From Takakia lepidozioides (Eukaryota; Plantae; Bryophyta), in contig CM060733.1 of the NCBI GenBank assembly GCA_030704615.1, positions 75,454,001 through 75,518,000 on the forward strand: DNA of 64,000 bases, written 5' to 3'. Of the stretch, positions 50,501-62,600 are shown piece after piece; the stretch's first letter is position 1, and each line of letters starts with the position of its first letter. Under the pieces are notes generated by a model. That model saw only the letters and a list, made by a program, of their open reading frames with translations. It made no database searches and was not told the origin of the DNA. A program made the translations under genes and the position numbers.

Positions 50501-53402
50501 TTTCATACCGTTTCCTAGCTTTGGCAATGTTGTACTTTGCGAGCTTCAACAAATGCTCGCGTTCTTCCAGTACCGCCACTGCTGCCGATTCATCGACGTC
50601 CTGGGCGGCCCAACTTGTCGGCACCAGAGGTGCTTTTCCATAGACCAATATGAAAGGGAAAACTCCCGTTGCGGAGTGTTTTGTGTTATTATAACAAAAC
50701 GCTGTCGCGTCCAAGTGCTCCACCCAGTCTGATTGGTCTGCTGACATGTAATTCCGCAAGATCTGCTTCACCACGGAATTCACTCTTTCCGTTTGGCCGT
50801 CCGTCGTAGGTCGGAAGGCGGTGCTCATCTTGAGCCTCGTCCCCATCTTCTTTCAAAGTGCCCTCCAAAATTTACTCGTAAACTTTGGATCACGGTCCGA
50901 GACAATATCCTTCAGGAGTCCATGATGCTTGAAGACGTGGGCGCAGTAAAGTCACCCCGTCTCCTTGGTGGGGATGAAATGGCCCATTTTTACTGAACCT
51001 ATCCACCACCACCATGATCGCATCGAATCCTTTTAACAGCGGCATAGCAGTCATGAAATCCATCGAGACACTTTCCCAAGACCCCTCTGGAATCGGCAAG
51101 GGTTGTAACAGCCCCGCTTGCTTTTTGTACTCGCTCCGGTTTTGTTGGCATGTGGTGCATGTCTTGACATACTCCTCGGCCTCCTCCCTCAGTTTGGGTC
51201 AGAAATACTTTTTCTTCAAGAGTGTCACGGTGCGCTTGGCTCCGTCATGGCCCGCAAGCGGGCCATCATGGCATTCTCTCAAGAAACTATCTTTGATCCA
51301 TCCCTTCGGCACGTAGAGACGCTTTTGCTTGTACCGGACCAGTCCATTTTGCAAGCGGAACTGCGATTTCACCCCCATCCTCAAGTCTCGCATCACGGAC
51401 TTCGCCATCTCATCCTTCTGGTAAGCCTTCCGGATCTTTCTTTGGAGCACCGTCTCGCCCCTGTACACCAACATGAGTTGCTGCTTTCGGCCACCACATT
51501 GTCCCGTCCCGGTTTGTACTGGATATCCACGTCAAACACCGCCAAAGTGTCTTGTCACCTAAGTTGTTTTGGGGACAACTTAGGCTGTGTGGAAAAATAC
51601 TTCACCATGAATACCTTCACCGGGTTGGAACCAACATAGTGGCGCCAAAACTCAAGGCAATGCACCACCGCCTTCATCTTTTTCTCGTGCGTCGACCACT
51701 GTTGCTCCACTTCATTCAATTTCTTACTTTCGTAAGCCACTGGACATCCATCTTGCATAAGTACACCCCCATGAATCTCAAACGGACGGTCGAACTCCGG
51801 GATTTTCAAGACTGGAACTTCCGCCATCTGCTGCTTCAACTCGGCAAAAGCTTGGCCACAAAAGGTATTCCATACCCATATTTTGGATTTACACAGAAGG
51901 TCTGACAGCGGCCCCGCGATCTTGGCAAAATTTCTCACATACTTTCGGTAATAGGAGCCGAGTCCTAGGAAGGATCGTACTCTCGGGACCGAAGTCGGAG
52001 GCTCCCAGTCCAAGATCACCCTCACCTTTCTGTCATCCATTTTGATCCCATCCTGTGTAATCACATGCCCCAAGAACTCCACTTTTGTGACCCTGAATTC
52101 GCACTTTGAAGCTTTGGCATACTGCTTCCCTTCCCGTAATTTCTAGAACACCCTTTTGAGGTGCTCCAGGTGCTCCTTCTTTGTTTTCGAGTACACCAAG
52201 ATGTCGTCGATGTACACGATCACAAAGTCATCCAGCCACTCCTGGAAAAGGCTGTTCATCAGCGTGCTAAAGGTCGCAGGTGCGTTGGTGAGCCCAAAAG
52301 GCATCACCAAAAACTCATATGAACCATATCTTGTCCTGCACGCGGTCTTCTCATCATCTCATTCCGCCACTCGAATTTGATGATAGCCGGAGCGCAAATC
52401 GATCCAGCTAAAATATTTCACTCCTGCCAACCGATCGAAAAGGTCGTCGATCCTTGGCAAAGGGTACCGGTTCTTGATAGTCATCTTATTCAGAGCCCTG
52501 TAATCGACACACATCCGCAGTGTCCCATCCTTCTTGTCTGCGAATAGCACCGGGGCTCCGTAAGATGACTTACTCGGCCGGATGTACCCCTTTGACATTA
52601 GATCCTTGAGCTGAGTCTTCAGCTCGACCAACTCTCTATGGCTCAACTGGTAGGGCGCCTTGGCAGGCGGCTCTGATCCCGGTATCACCTCAATCTTGTG
52701 GTCAACTCCCCTTCGCGGTGGCAAACCGCTTGGTAAATCCTCTGGCATCACATCCTGGTATTTCTCCAAGATCCCCTTGATCCAATCTGGGCTCGGCTCC
52801 CCATCGCCTTCTCCTTTCACTTGTCTTATGTAAAGCAAAAACTGGGGTTCGTGTGGCTCCCCACTCATTGGTCGCTTTCCGGCTCGTTCGCTTACTCATT
52901 AGTTTTTGGTCACCAACAGGCTTGCACCGTTCTCGGGGTTACTACTCCTTATATATACTTCTGTGACTGTCCGCAGGGGTTTCACAAACAACCATGCCAT
53001 TTTATGGCGAACCACCACGAAGACCTTCAACTCCCGGTGATGAGTCGCGGTGAGTCTTGGCCCACCCACCACGGCCCCATTGGACCGTGATGAACCCCAA
53101 GACTCCCCACGACTGCCACCACAAGGTCTCCGCCCCATGGTGAGTCCTATGCCACCCCCACTAAGTCCCGCTAAGCTACCACCACCCCTTGTGGAGCCAC
53201 CCCCACCGCAACCCGGTGTGCGGGGCTCCACCTAGTGAGCGCCTCCGCCTCCTTGAGTGCCTTGGGCACTCAAGGGTGCTTCAGCCCCCCGTACCTATCG
53301 CTGCCACTGCCCCCACCACAGGGGCAGCCCCTCCTGCGTCCCGACCCCCTGCCCTCAAGGCAAAGGGCCGCGACAGCTATGCTCATGTCCTACCACCCCC
53401 CC
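47553..53402. mobile_element. Non-autonomous Mutator-like element (~0.9 kb of its own sequence) interrupted by an LTR retrotransposon
   Basis: 9-bp TSD TACAGACGA at 47544-47552 and 53403-53411; ends GGTTGGGTAGTAGG vs rc GGGGGGGTGGTAGG; inverted GCTCACGTGAGCA motifs at ~47574-47613 and ~48388-48410. Confidence 0.72.
48417..53375 (-). mobile_element. Internally deleted, decayed Ty3/gypsy chromovirus: truncated 5' LTR ~52856-53375, RT-RNaseH-INT-chromodomain ~52855-50013, PPT ~49142-49156, complete 3' LTR 48417-49141
   Basis: ~510-bp direct repeats; TG..CA ends with TGCCGCG/CGCGACA inverted repeat; TSD GCTGT/GCTAT; [57 protein letters not shown]; several stops and frameshifts; gag and protease absent. 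Confidence 0.93.
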
Positions 53403-53879
53403 TACAGACGAGGTATAACCAAATTTTTTCCAAAAATTTTGAAAAATTAGGAGAATGTGGGTAGTCACTCACATCATGAGGCATGTTGATCATGATGAAT
53501 TTTAACTCAATTGGCTCAGCCACTTAAGAATTTTGATAAGATTGGCAAAAAGAAACATGACACTTGGAGATAAGTCTTCATGATTCATGGCTTCACACTA
53601 CAGAGGAGGCTGCACAGAGCAAGGGAGGAGATGGAGCCATATCTGCAAAGAGGTGGAGAGATTCGAGAGGCCTCGTTCGGTTTCGTCGATTTGGGCCTGC
53701 TACTACCATGGCCCCAAATTTGTTGTGTTTTATCCGTTGAGGTAGCAAATATAGAGAGATGATAGGGCATGTTGGCGTGGACACAATCTAGTTTGAAAGT
53801 GTGTAGTAGACAAGACCCAATTTTCAACCAATCAGAGAGCTTAGTTGTTTGTCCGGTCACTAGTTTGGAACCGCCCTAA

Positions 53880-54268
53880 GACCATCCCCACCGGTGGCTC
53901 GGTATATGGATACATCAATTGCCTTTTATTGAGGCATGTGCAGAGTGTGTAAGAAAATGGGGGGGATGCAGGCGGAATGCTCCCCACCGCTGGCACGGCA
54001 AATTTCCCGCCAACCTCCCGCTCAACCTCTCGCTCGCCAACGCCTCACATGTGGGATGCTCGCTTGACTCCACATGTGTCTGACGTTGACTTGCGTGAGA
54101 CATAGAGGGCCCGGCCGGCAAGGTTCCGGGTCCGTAGACAATTTGGAGTGCACGGAACCTTACCGAGCGTTGTAGCGTGCACCGGTGGGGCATGGTTCTT
54201 GTGGTTTTTCCCTCTAACACTGAATTTTGCCGCTTCCGTGGCTGATAGCGGGCCGAGTGGGGATGCTC
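53880..54268. mobile_element. Tourist-type (PIF/Harbinger) MITE, 389 bp
   Basis: TIRs GACCATCCCCAC / GTGGGGATGCTC (11/12), TAA on both flanks (53877-53879, 54269-54271). Confidence 0.85.
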
Positions 54269-54436
54269 TAAAGGGCGTTGTTGCAGACGACCATGGAACC
54301 ATGTTAACTCACACGCTCGACGAATCAGAATCCAATGTTGCGACCGCTCAAGGTCGCACGAGGAAGTGGCATGTTATTTAAATTAATTAACAAATGTTGC
54401 GACCACCCTCATGCTGGTGGTCGCAGATATTAAAAA

Positions 54437-55814
54437 GGCCCCGGCCGCACCTGGCTGCTAAGCGGCCTGCTAAGCTAGCCGGCAGCCATTAACGGCGTGG
54501 TGACGGCCGCACCTGCACGTTAGGGACCCCTACTAGTTAGCATGCTCCTAGCTGCCGTTAAAAACCACAAAGGACTCCTCTGACATTTAGCACGTCCTCC
54601 CCCCAGGTGGTAAATCACGGTCACCGACTAAAACTCGGGCAGTCGATCAGTTGATCTTGCGCGCAACAGAGGCATGCAGCATCTCCCCTTCTGTGATCTC
54701 TCCTTGCGATCTCTCCCTTTCTCCCTCCCTTCCCCTCTTCCCTCTCTCTGCCTCCCTCTCTTTCATCATCTCTCTCAATCCATCTCCTTCTGTTCTTGTT
54801 CTTTCTTGTTTTTTGCTCATGGCATCATGCCAACAGAAAAGCGCACTATGGCTGCATGGTTGACCTTCTTGGTCGTGCAGGGCACCTGAATGAGGCTGAG
54901 GAGCTTATAAATAAGATGCCATATCCAGACACCACAGTATGGGGCGCATTGCTTGGTGCTTGCAGAGTCCATGGCCAAGTGGAGCTAGCAGAATATGCCG
55001 CGGAGTATGTTCTCAAGCTGGAACCATAAAATTCAGCAGTGTTGACAAGGAGAGAAGTTGGCAAGATATGTATATGACACACAGTTTGTCGTAGGCAATG
55101 TGGATCAGATGAGGAATTGGCCCTACCCACTGAAGCAAAAGCTTGGCACTGCTACGGGGGTAATCAGCACACCCCCTGGGACACCAGTCTGCATAAGCCA
55201 GAACCTTCGCACATGTGGCAGTAGTCACACTGCCATCAAGTTCATGTGCAAGATTTAGCTAAAGACTGCTGGAAGAGATGCTGGAAGAGATTCCCATATA
55301 TTTCATTACTTGGGGCATGTTCTAAAGGGTATTATTGGTGATGATATGTGAAACCCCGGCTCATCTACTTGCTTTGAACCTAGCATAAGATTGGTCTTCA
55401 AATTATTTGTGGCTGTCCTTAAAGAACAACCACCAGTTGAATCAGATATCTCTACAACAAACACTTGCACATTTTCCACAGATCCACCACAATCTGACTG
55501 CTGCTTATGTTTGCATCCATTTCCTCCATTTCCTAATGCATGCACCAAGCAACATAGGTTTCGCAGGTTTCGCCTCGTGGAGTCAAGCAGTTCCCACGGG
55601 CTCCGTCCACCATAGCCGCCGGGAAGACGGGCGGGAGGACGTGTGGGCAGCCCGAAAAAACTTGTTTTTGCGCTCCTGTTAACAAACTGCCGCGCGGCAG
55701 TTTGTTAGCAGCCAAGTGCGGCTGCCATCCATTTTCATGCCGGGCCTGCTAGCTAACCGGCGCGCTAGCTGCAGCTAGTGGCCTATTAGATAACCGGCTG
55801 GTGCGGCCGGGGCC
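54437..55814. mobile_element. Non-autonomous Harbinger-like TIR element (1378 bp) carrying a PPR-DYW gene fragment
   Basis: Perfect 15-bp TIR GGCCCCGGCCGCACC / GGTGCGGCCGGGGCC; subterminal GGCCTGCTA/GCTAGC motifs at both ends; right flank TTA, left flank AAA (TSD imperfect). Confidence 0.75.
54815..55342 (+). pseudogene. Degenerate PLS-E-DYW PPR (RNA-editing factor) C-terminal fragment
   Basis: [44 protein letters not shown], then a deletion, then YVYDTQFV..ISTPPGTPVCISQNLRTCGSSHTAIKFMCKI*..RD..FH..GYYW*; HxE and CxxC motifs disrupted. Confidence 0.92.
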
Positions 55815-57175
55815 TTAGGTGGCTACTAAAACACTTGTGGGCCCAACGTGTCCCCCGGTGCCTCCCAACCAACCTGACCATATAAGGTTATTATTTTTAT
55901 ATGTGTTTAACAATGTTTACCTTCCAAATGGTTGGTCCTTGCAAAAACTAAGGAAAAGAAGAAGGAGAAGAAAAAGAACTCTAGATAATTGCCAGGTGGT
56001 GTGATGGGCACTCCTAATCAATCCCCCCCCCCCAAAGCAACCGGCCCCCAAGAAGAATCACCCCTAGAAATGAGAAACGGTGATTCCATGGAGAATTTCC
56101 ATCCCCCCCCCCCCCCCCCAATCATGGCCTCAATTGCCACGTGGCCCACGACATAGTACATAGTAATTAATATTAAATTCACATGAAAATGTCAGAATTC
56201 ATTCCATCTCCAAAAACCTAACTAACTTTGGGTGAAAATCAATAGAATTTTGTAAGGAGGCGGCCCGAGCCCGCTATAGAAAAAGAACGACAAAGTGCTC
56301 GCTGTTTGTGGAGGGAGTCTTTTTTGCGCCCCTTATTAGCAACGGACGATTCCGTGGGCTCGCCCCTAACAGAATCGTCTATCTAAGCCAGTAGCGCCTC
56401 TTTAATCCGGGCCGCTTGGCGGCTGCCATTGATGATGGGACTTGGTGGTGTAACTTGTCATACTTAGTCAACTACTATCCCTGTCCGAGATGGACTCTCG
56501 AAAAGGACCTTGTTTGTGTCGGTTGGGGGGTGTGGTGATGTTTTTTTTGTTCCTGTGTTGGTTATTTGTGGTCTGAAAGAACCCCACCTGACTACAACCT
56601 TTGACTAGGACTAGGTACTAACTGGTCGGTTGGTAGTCACGTTCCAGCTTGTGTTTGTTGGTAATAAGTGCTATAAAGGAACAGACAAGGGTGTATTGGC
56701 TTTGAAGCATGACATAGCAGTGCACAATGTCAGGTGTCTACATCCTGTCGAGCCAGTTCCCTCCTCTCCAAGCCTCCCGGAGTCCCACAGATTGGCTCTT
56801 CCCATAGTGTTGGGTTGCCTGACCTTCCCAAACTGGCCAAATGAATTGGGGTACATAGTAATAATTTATAATCGTTACGTGAAGTGTCCAAACTTCTGAT
56901 GTCAATATACCATCGAGTTCCTAATGTAACAATGCACATGAGTGATCCAAGGTGGCCATCATTTTCTATTAAAGAGATATTTTTCTTGATGACAAAAACG
57001 AAAATAGATGCACAATATGATAGTTGTGGTATGAAATCATCTACATTAGTATGTGGATTTGGAATTCGATCCCTTATGCTACTTTCGGGCTAGGGCTTTG
57101 CCTCTGTAATAAAATAAAAAGGATTGTAACAGTCACAATATTGTGTATATCTTCACTTTGGATTCTGTCAAAAAT

Positions 57176-57225
57176 TACTCCATATCCATATTACGTCGAA
57201 TACTCCATATCCATATTACGTCGAA
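57176..57225. repeat. Perfect 2 x 25-bp tandem duplication
   Basis: TACTCCATATCCATATTACGTCGAA twice. Confidence 0.95.
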
Positions 57226-57304
57226 ATGAAACAGCAAAAACTGCATGGGAGAAGTAATTTTGAGCAGAAAAAACAGCGGTGCATACACAAAGGAAGGACA
57301 ACAC

Positions 57305-58047
57305 CAGTGTTGTGCTGGTATGTGCCAGTCGGCCAGGGTATGTGCACTGGTATGAGTAAGAGTATTGTACAACATACCAGTTGGGTATGTCTTGGGGCAT
57401 ATACCCCGGCTATACCCTGGAGCCCGGGTTTTGAACACTGGACCTAACCCCCTACCGACCATACCAGTCTAAGTATGAACTATCATTCATACTGGGCTTG
57501 AGACCCGTATTGAGGATTGATTAACCCAAGCTAGCATGGGTATGTGTAATGATACAATTTTTTTGTGCTTATCCTCATTCACATTTGTGCAATGTAAAAA
57601 ATAGCACTATATCTTTGGGCTCCTAGACGCAGGCATCGCTGATTTGACAACGTATCACCATAACATAACCATGTACCAAAATAACCATGTACCAAAAGTA
57701 TAAATTTATAACTAACAACAGGGGTTTGTGGCTACAAATATTATAAACATGTAAAAATAACATGAAGTTTATCTTTAAATACCATATATATAATGTAATT
57801 GTCGAAGATACCATCCATTAAAAATATAACTATACCATTGTACATACTGCCCTAGTATGTCATTTGAGTTGTTGTCATACCCATGCCTAGGACAAGGGTA
57901 TCTCAAAATTCGAAATACCCATACCCATCCTATAACCTACCCTGGCCAGTCCTAATCTACCCCGGGCCCTACCAGTTGGATCCAACAGCCAAGTTGGACC
58001 TACTGGTATGTCCATCTTGGCATACCCGACTGGTCCTAGGACAACAC
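57305..58047. mobile_element. Old hAT-like non-autonomous element
   Basis: Starts CAGTGTTG; clusters of ATACCC/GGGTAT/CATACCAG motifs at both ends around an AT-rich core; GACAACAC at 57297-57304 and 58040-58047 is either a TSD or a decayed right TIR. Confidence 0.5.
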
Positions 58048-59229
58048 CTCCCAAGGAAGCATAAATTATGGTATCTCTTCATCTCGATCCCCAGGGACTA
58101 CTCGTGGCTACTACCTTCTATTGGAAGATGGACACTTTGAACCCTAATCACCTAGGTTATGCATAGACAAGGCAGAAACTTCCAACCACTAGGATACTTG
58201 TTCTAGTCCTCTGCATACACATGTATATCCTAGTGACCATGAATAACTCTTCATATAACATATTTTACATAAGATCCCCGTATACATAAATAAATGTCAC
58301 CCTCATCCCTTGACATGCATTGGCAGCCTTGCCTCTCCATCGCTCTCTCTTGGCTATACCTCACTTGCCTACTATCAACCAACTCCCCCAACTGGCCATC
58401 CTCACAATTTGGGACCACCTCTGAGCTTCACTACAATATAGAAAGACACCCAATTGTCCTATGGGGCCGCATGCAGCCCCATATACACCCTCTACATGTC
58501 CACCCCGCTTCATCTCGTTTTAACTTTGGAGCGACTTGGGGAACATATTGGGAGGATAGCTCTCATAAAAGTCAAGTCTTACCCATTGGAGGAGTTAGAG
58601 TATATATGATGTTGATCTACTTCATGTCAAGGTCGACAGCCTACACACCATCACAATATTGGAGTATATTGGAGGTAGTTTTTGAATAAGGCCTGGAAGA
58701 TGGCATGCTCTTGTGGCAACCATTATCTTCCCAAGTGTTATTGCTCTTGTAAGCTCATTGATAACCTTCCTAAAGGCATTTTTTTTGCTAAACCAAATTA
58801 TTACATTTAACTTTCAATGGAATTGCTTGTGTGGGACTCAGTCAACCGCTGTTGGGAGGTTTGACACAAATTACCTGCATGAAGGTTGTAAACAACTTTA
58901 TGCTACCTGGTTGTTCATGTAGAGAAGAAAGAAAGTCACATTGGGATGCAGACCCATGGACCTGACAGCTCTCTTGCTGACTGTGATGCAGATCATGTCT
59001 GAGAGCTCTCTCTTCTCCTCGAGTCACCGACTGTGATTGAGTACAAGTAAACCTCTCTGCTGATTTGTTGGTGGGGCCAAGGTGGGTGGAGTTTCTCAGT
59101 GGGTTGTGCCTCTGATCAGTGAAGAACCCAGATCGACATCTTGCGCTAGTGTGGTGGAATATGTAGACTGCAGGGAGTCGAGAGAGAGAGCAGGATTGAA
59201 GCTAAGTAGATGAAGAGGAGGGCCAGCTG

Positions 59230-61375
59230 ATGGAGGGTAGCATGGAAGAATCAAGCCAGCTAGATGATGAAGGAGCTACTTGGTGGGCTGGGCATCAGAG
59301 TGTGGGGATGCTGGTGTTGGCGGGCATGCTCGGCGTCGTTGCAGTGTACACTCTCCTGCTGAGAAAGCCCGGTGGACAGCTACCACCAGGGCCGCGCCCA
59401 TGGCCGATTCTCGGCAATCTTCCATTGTTGGGTAAGATTCCGCACCAGGCATTGGCACGCCTGGCGGAGAAATACGGACCGATGATGTACCTGCGGCTCG
59501 GGTCAACTCACACTATCGTAGTATCCTCTCCTAAATTGGCAGAAGAGTTTCTCAGGACACAAGATCACGTGTTTATACACCGTCCAAAGAAGTTGGCTTC
59601 ATATATTCTTCACGGCAAATGCAAAAATCTTATGTCTTCTTCAGGCCCTTATTGGCGCCATATGCGCAAGATTTGCACGCTTGAGCTCCTCAGTCCCAGA
59701 CGCGTGGAATCCTTTCGACCTGCGAGGACAGAGGAGTTAACGGCTACACTAAAGGCCATCTTGGAGGAGTCGCAGGAGGGAAAAGTCGTGGATCTTAACT
59801 TCCAACTTTGGTCTCTCGCAATTAACAACATGACCCGCATGATGCTCAACAAAAGGTGACTTCGAACCCAAGTGTGCAATCTTAATACTCTATTATCATG
59901 TACTTGCGACTTCATATCTTCTTGATAAAGGCTAGTACTTAGCAGGGCATGCCTTCGGATATTCTGGACCAACATCATTGGGAGAAGAACCTGGCATATA
60001 TTGCTGGGTTTTGATATCAGTACTGCAGCAACCGCCAAGGAGATTTGAAGGAATCTGGCATGAATAGTTGACAGTGGAGCTCAGTGTGAAATTGTGAAGT
60101 TTCCTCCTGGAACCAGACTAGTCTGATAACGATCAGCTCCACCTTGACGCATCGGTATATAAATGATTCCTCAAGAAATCTGACAAGCCTGGCACTCATT
60201 TCCCGTATTCCCAATGTCAGGTACTTCGGGTCGGATGTGGGAGGCTGGAAGGAGGCCCAAAACTTCAAAGAAATTATTGAAAAATTACACCACTGGATGG
60301 GGGTCTTTATTATTGGTGACTACAATCCCTCCTTCCGGTGGGTGTCAAAGTTGCAAGGTGTCGACGCAGCTATGACGAAGATGAATGTGGAGCTTGTAAG
60401 TTTTCTTCAGCACTTGATCGAGGAGCACAGACAAGCTGCAACAATCAATAAAAAGAGCAATACTGATTCACCAACAGATTTTGTTGACGTGCTGCTGTCT
60501 ATGCCTAAAGAAGATGGGAGTGACAATCTGTCGGATGAATCCATACGAGTATTGATTCTGGTAAGTTTTCAATTGGTGCACGCTTCTTGATGCCACGTCA
60601 AGACAGTTTTTGGTGGAAGTTCCAGCTCAAGCTTTATAGATGGTCTGTTGACTTGCGGGATTCACCTCTGCATGCAGAAGTTGGAAGTTAAGACTAGCAA
60701 ACCGCAGTAGGGGATTCAGTTATGTTCGTGTTGGTATGTATGCAGGGTTTGCTGGCTGCTGGATCCGACACAGCCTACATCACGATAGAGTGGGCTATGG
60801 CTGAGCTCTTGCGGCGACCTGATGTCATGCAGCAAGTACAGGCTGAGCTGGATGCTCTGGTAGGGAGCACTCGCCTTGTGGAGGAAACAGACCTCCCACA
60901 TCTCAAGCACCTGCAAGCTGTTATAAAGGAGACCTTCCGCCTCCACCCCCCAGCTCCACTCATGGCTCCCCATGTGTCTCATGAGGCATGCCATGTTGCG
61001 GGATACAATCTTCCGGCCAAGACCAGCGTGGTTGTCAACCTGTGGGCTATTGGGCGAGATCCTTCCGTCTGGGAGAGACCCCTTTTGTTTGAACCTGACA
61101 GATTTTTGCAGCATCCTGAGATCGATGTGAAAGGCCAGGACTTCCAGCTTTTGCCTTTTGGATCGGGGAGAAGGGGATGCCCAGGACTGTCCCTGGGACT
61201 GCTATTGGTGCAGATAGCCTTAGCTCGCCTTCTTCAAACCTTCAATTGGTCGCTCCCACAACAGCAGGATCCCAGCACTTTGGACATGTCGGAACACTTT
61301 GCACTAACTGTTGGTAGGGCACAACCTCTGCATGTTCTTGCACAGCCCCGGTTACCTGCTCACTTATACAGTTGA
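59230..61375 (+). CDS. Cytochrome P450, CYP71 clan (A-type); exons 59230-59855, 60221-60560, 60746-61375
   Basis: TM anchor plus LPPGPRPWPILGNL, WRHMRKIC, AAGSDT I-helix, KETFR, PDRF, heme motif PFGSGRRGCPG; intron phases consistent. Family not assignable by eye. Confidence 0.95.
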
Positions 61376-62600
61376 GTGAGTGAGTCCTCATTAGAAACAC
61401 ACTCCTACCTCGCTGCAGGATCGTAATTTCTGGAAATACATCCTCATCACTCTCATGGCTGAATGCAGTGAATGATATAAACTAGAATCTGACATCGAGT
61501 TCCCTCCACCTGTCCATTGAACCGTTTACCATCTACTCTACACGAACAAAGTTGCAAACAAAAGTGTTCTTTCTTCCCATCTAAAGACATCCCTCTGGAT
61601 TCTGGAAAAAATAGTCACCGTAAAGTTTACATTGCAAAATATCGCGTGCTAATTTCACTCTCCTGGAGTATACTCATGAATGTTTCAATCATCAATGGAA
61701 TGACAAGCAAGCATTGTACATATATCTACAAGGCCCCCTCGAGAGCTGTCTTTCATATGTTATCTCTGTCTTTTCATCTGTTCTAGATTCATAGAGTGCT
61801 GGTTGTTGACACCCCACTGCAGGCCCTCTTCCAATGAGTCGAATAAGAGTAAGGAGGTCGACATCAACCATTAGTTTTAGACCATCCCCCGCAATATGCA
61901 CGGCAATTGGTTCTACCCATTGCTATAGAGATCGTGCTAGTTGGGCATCTAAGACCAAAGAGGCCAGAGATTTGTTAGACTGGAAACATGACGCGGATGG
62001 ATTCAGCTGTTGCAACCTTGCAGGTTTGCGGAGCCCTCACATACATCTGGTGTCTTTCTCCCAAAGGCACTTGATTCACCACCACAATCGTGGTAGACGG
62101 AGATGAGTCGGTTTTTAAGAGACACGCTCAACCAACTCCGAGCGGAAGATTACCCACAAAACATGTTGGAAAAATTGTGGGAGCGAGAGGAGACGACCCT
62201 GCTTACTGCGACTCTTCTCGTCTCTTCCGTAAACAATACGTTTTGGAGGAAAACACAAAAGTACCTCCATGGAGGTTAGACTAGTCGCAACAAGGAAACT
62301 TCTTAGAATACCTCCGGTCTGTAGACAAGCATGTACTGTACTGCTCACATCGAAAGAGACTCATCATAGAAGCGAGTAGCGTTCTTCAATCGCTAGTGGA
62401 AGGGAAATTTGTGCAGCTTCACACTCAGATAGTTGGGGCTTTTTGTGACAAAGGACTGGTTATCATAAAACTTTGGTTCCTGATTTGAAGTTAGAGTTGG
62501 GATAGTGAACTTTTTCCATAACAACAGCACCATGGGAAAAAGCTGTAACCGAAAGGTACTGCTTATTTGAAGTGGAGAAAAAATTGCCTACAAATGTAAT

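Noticed and set aside
48666-53464. Duplicated Gly/Pro-rich ORFs (e.g. 48769-48999, 52899-53231)
   Set aside because: These are GC-rich LTR sequence, frameshifted between the two copies, not genes.
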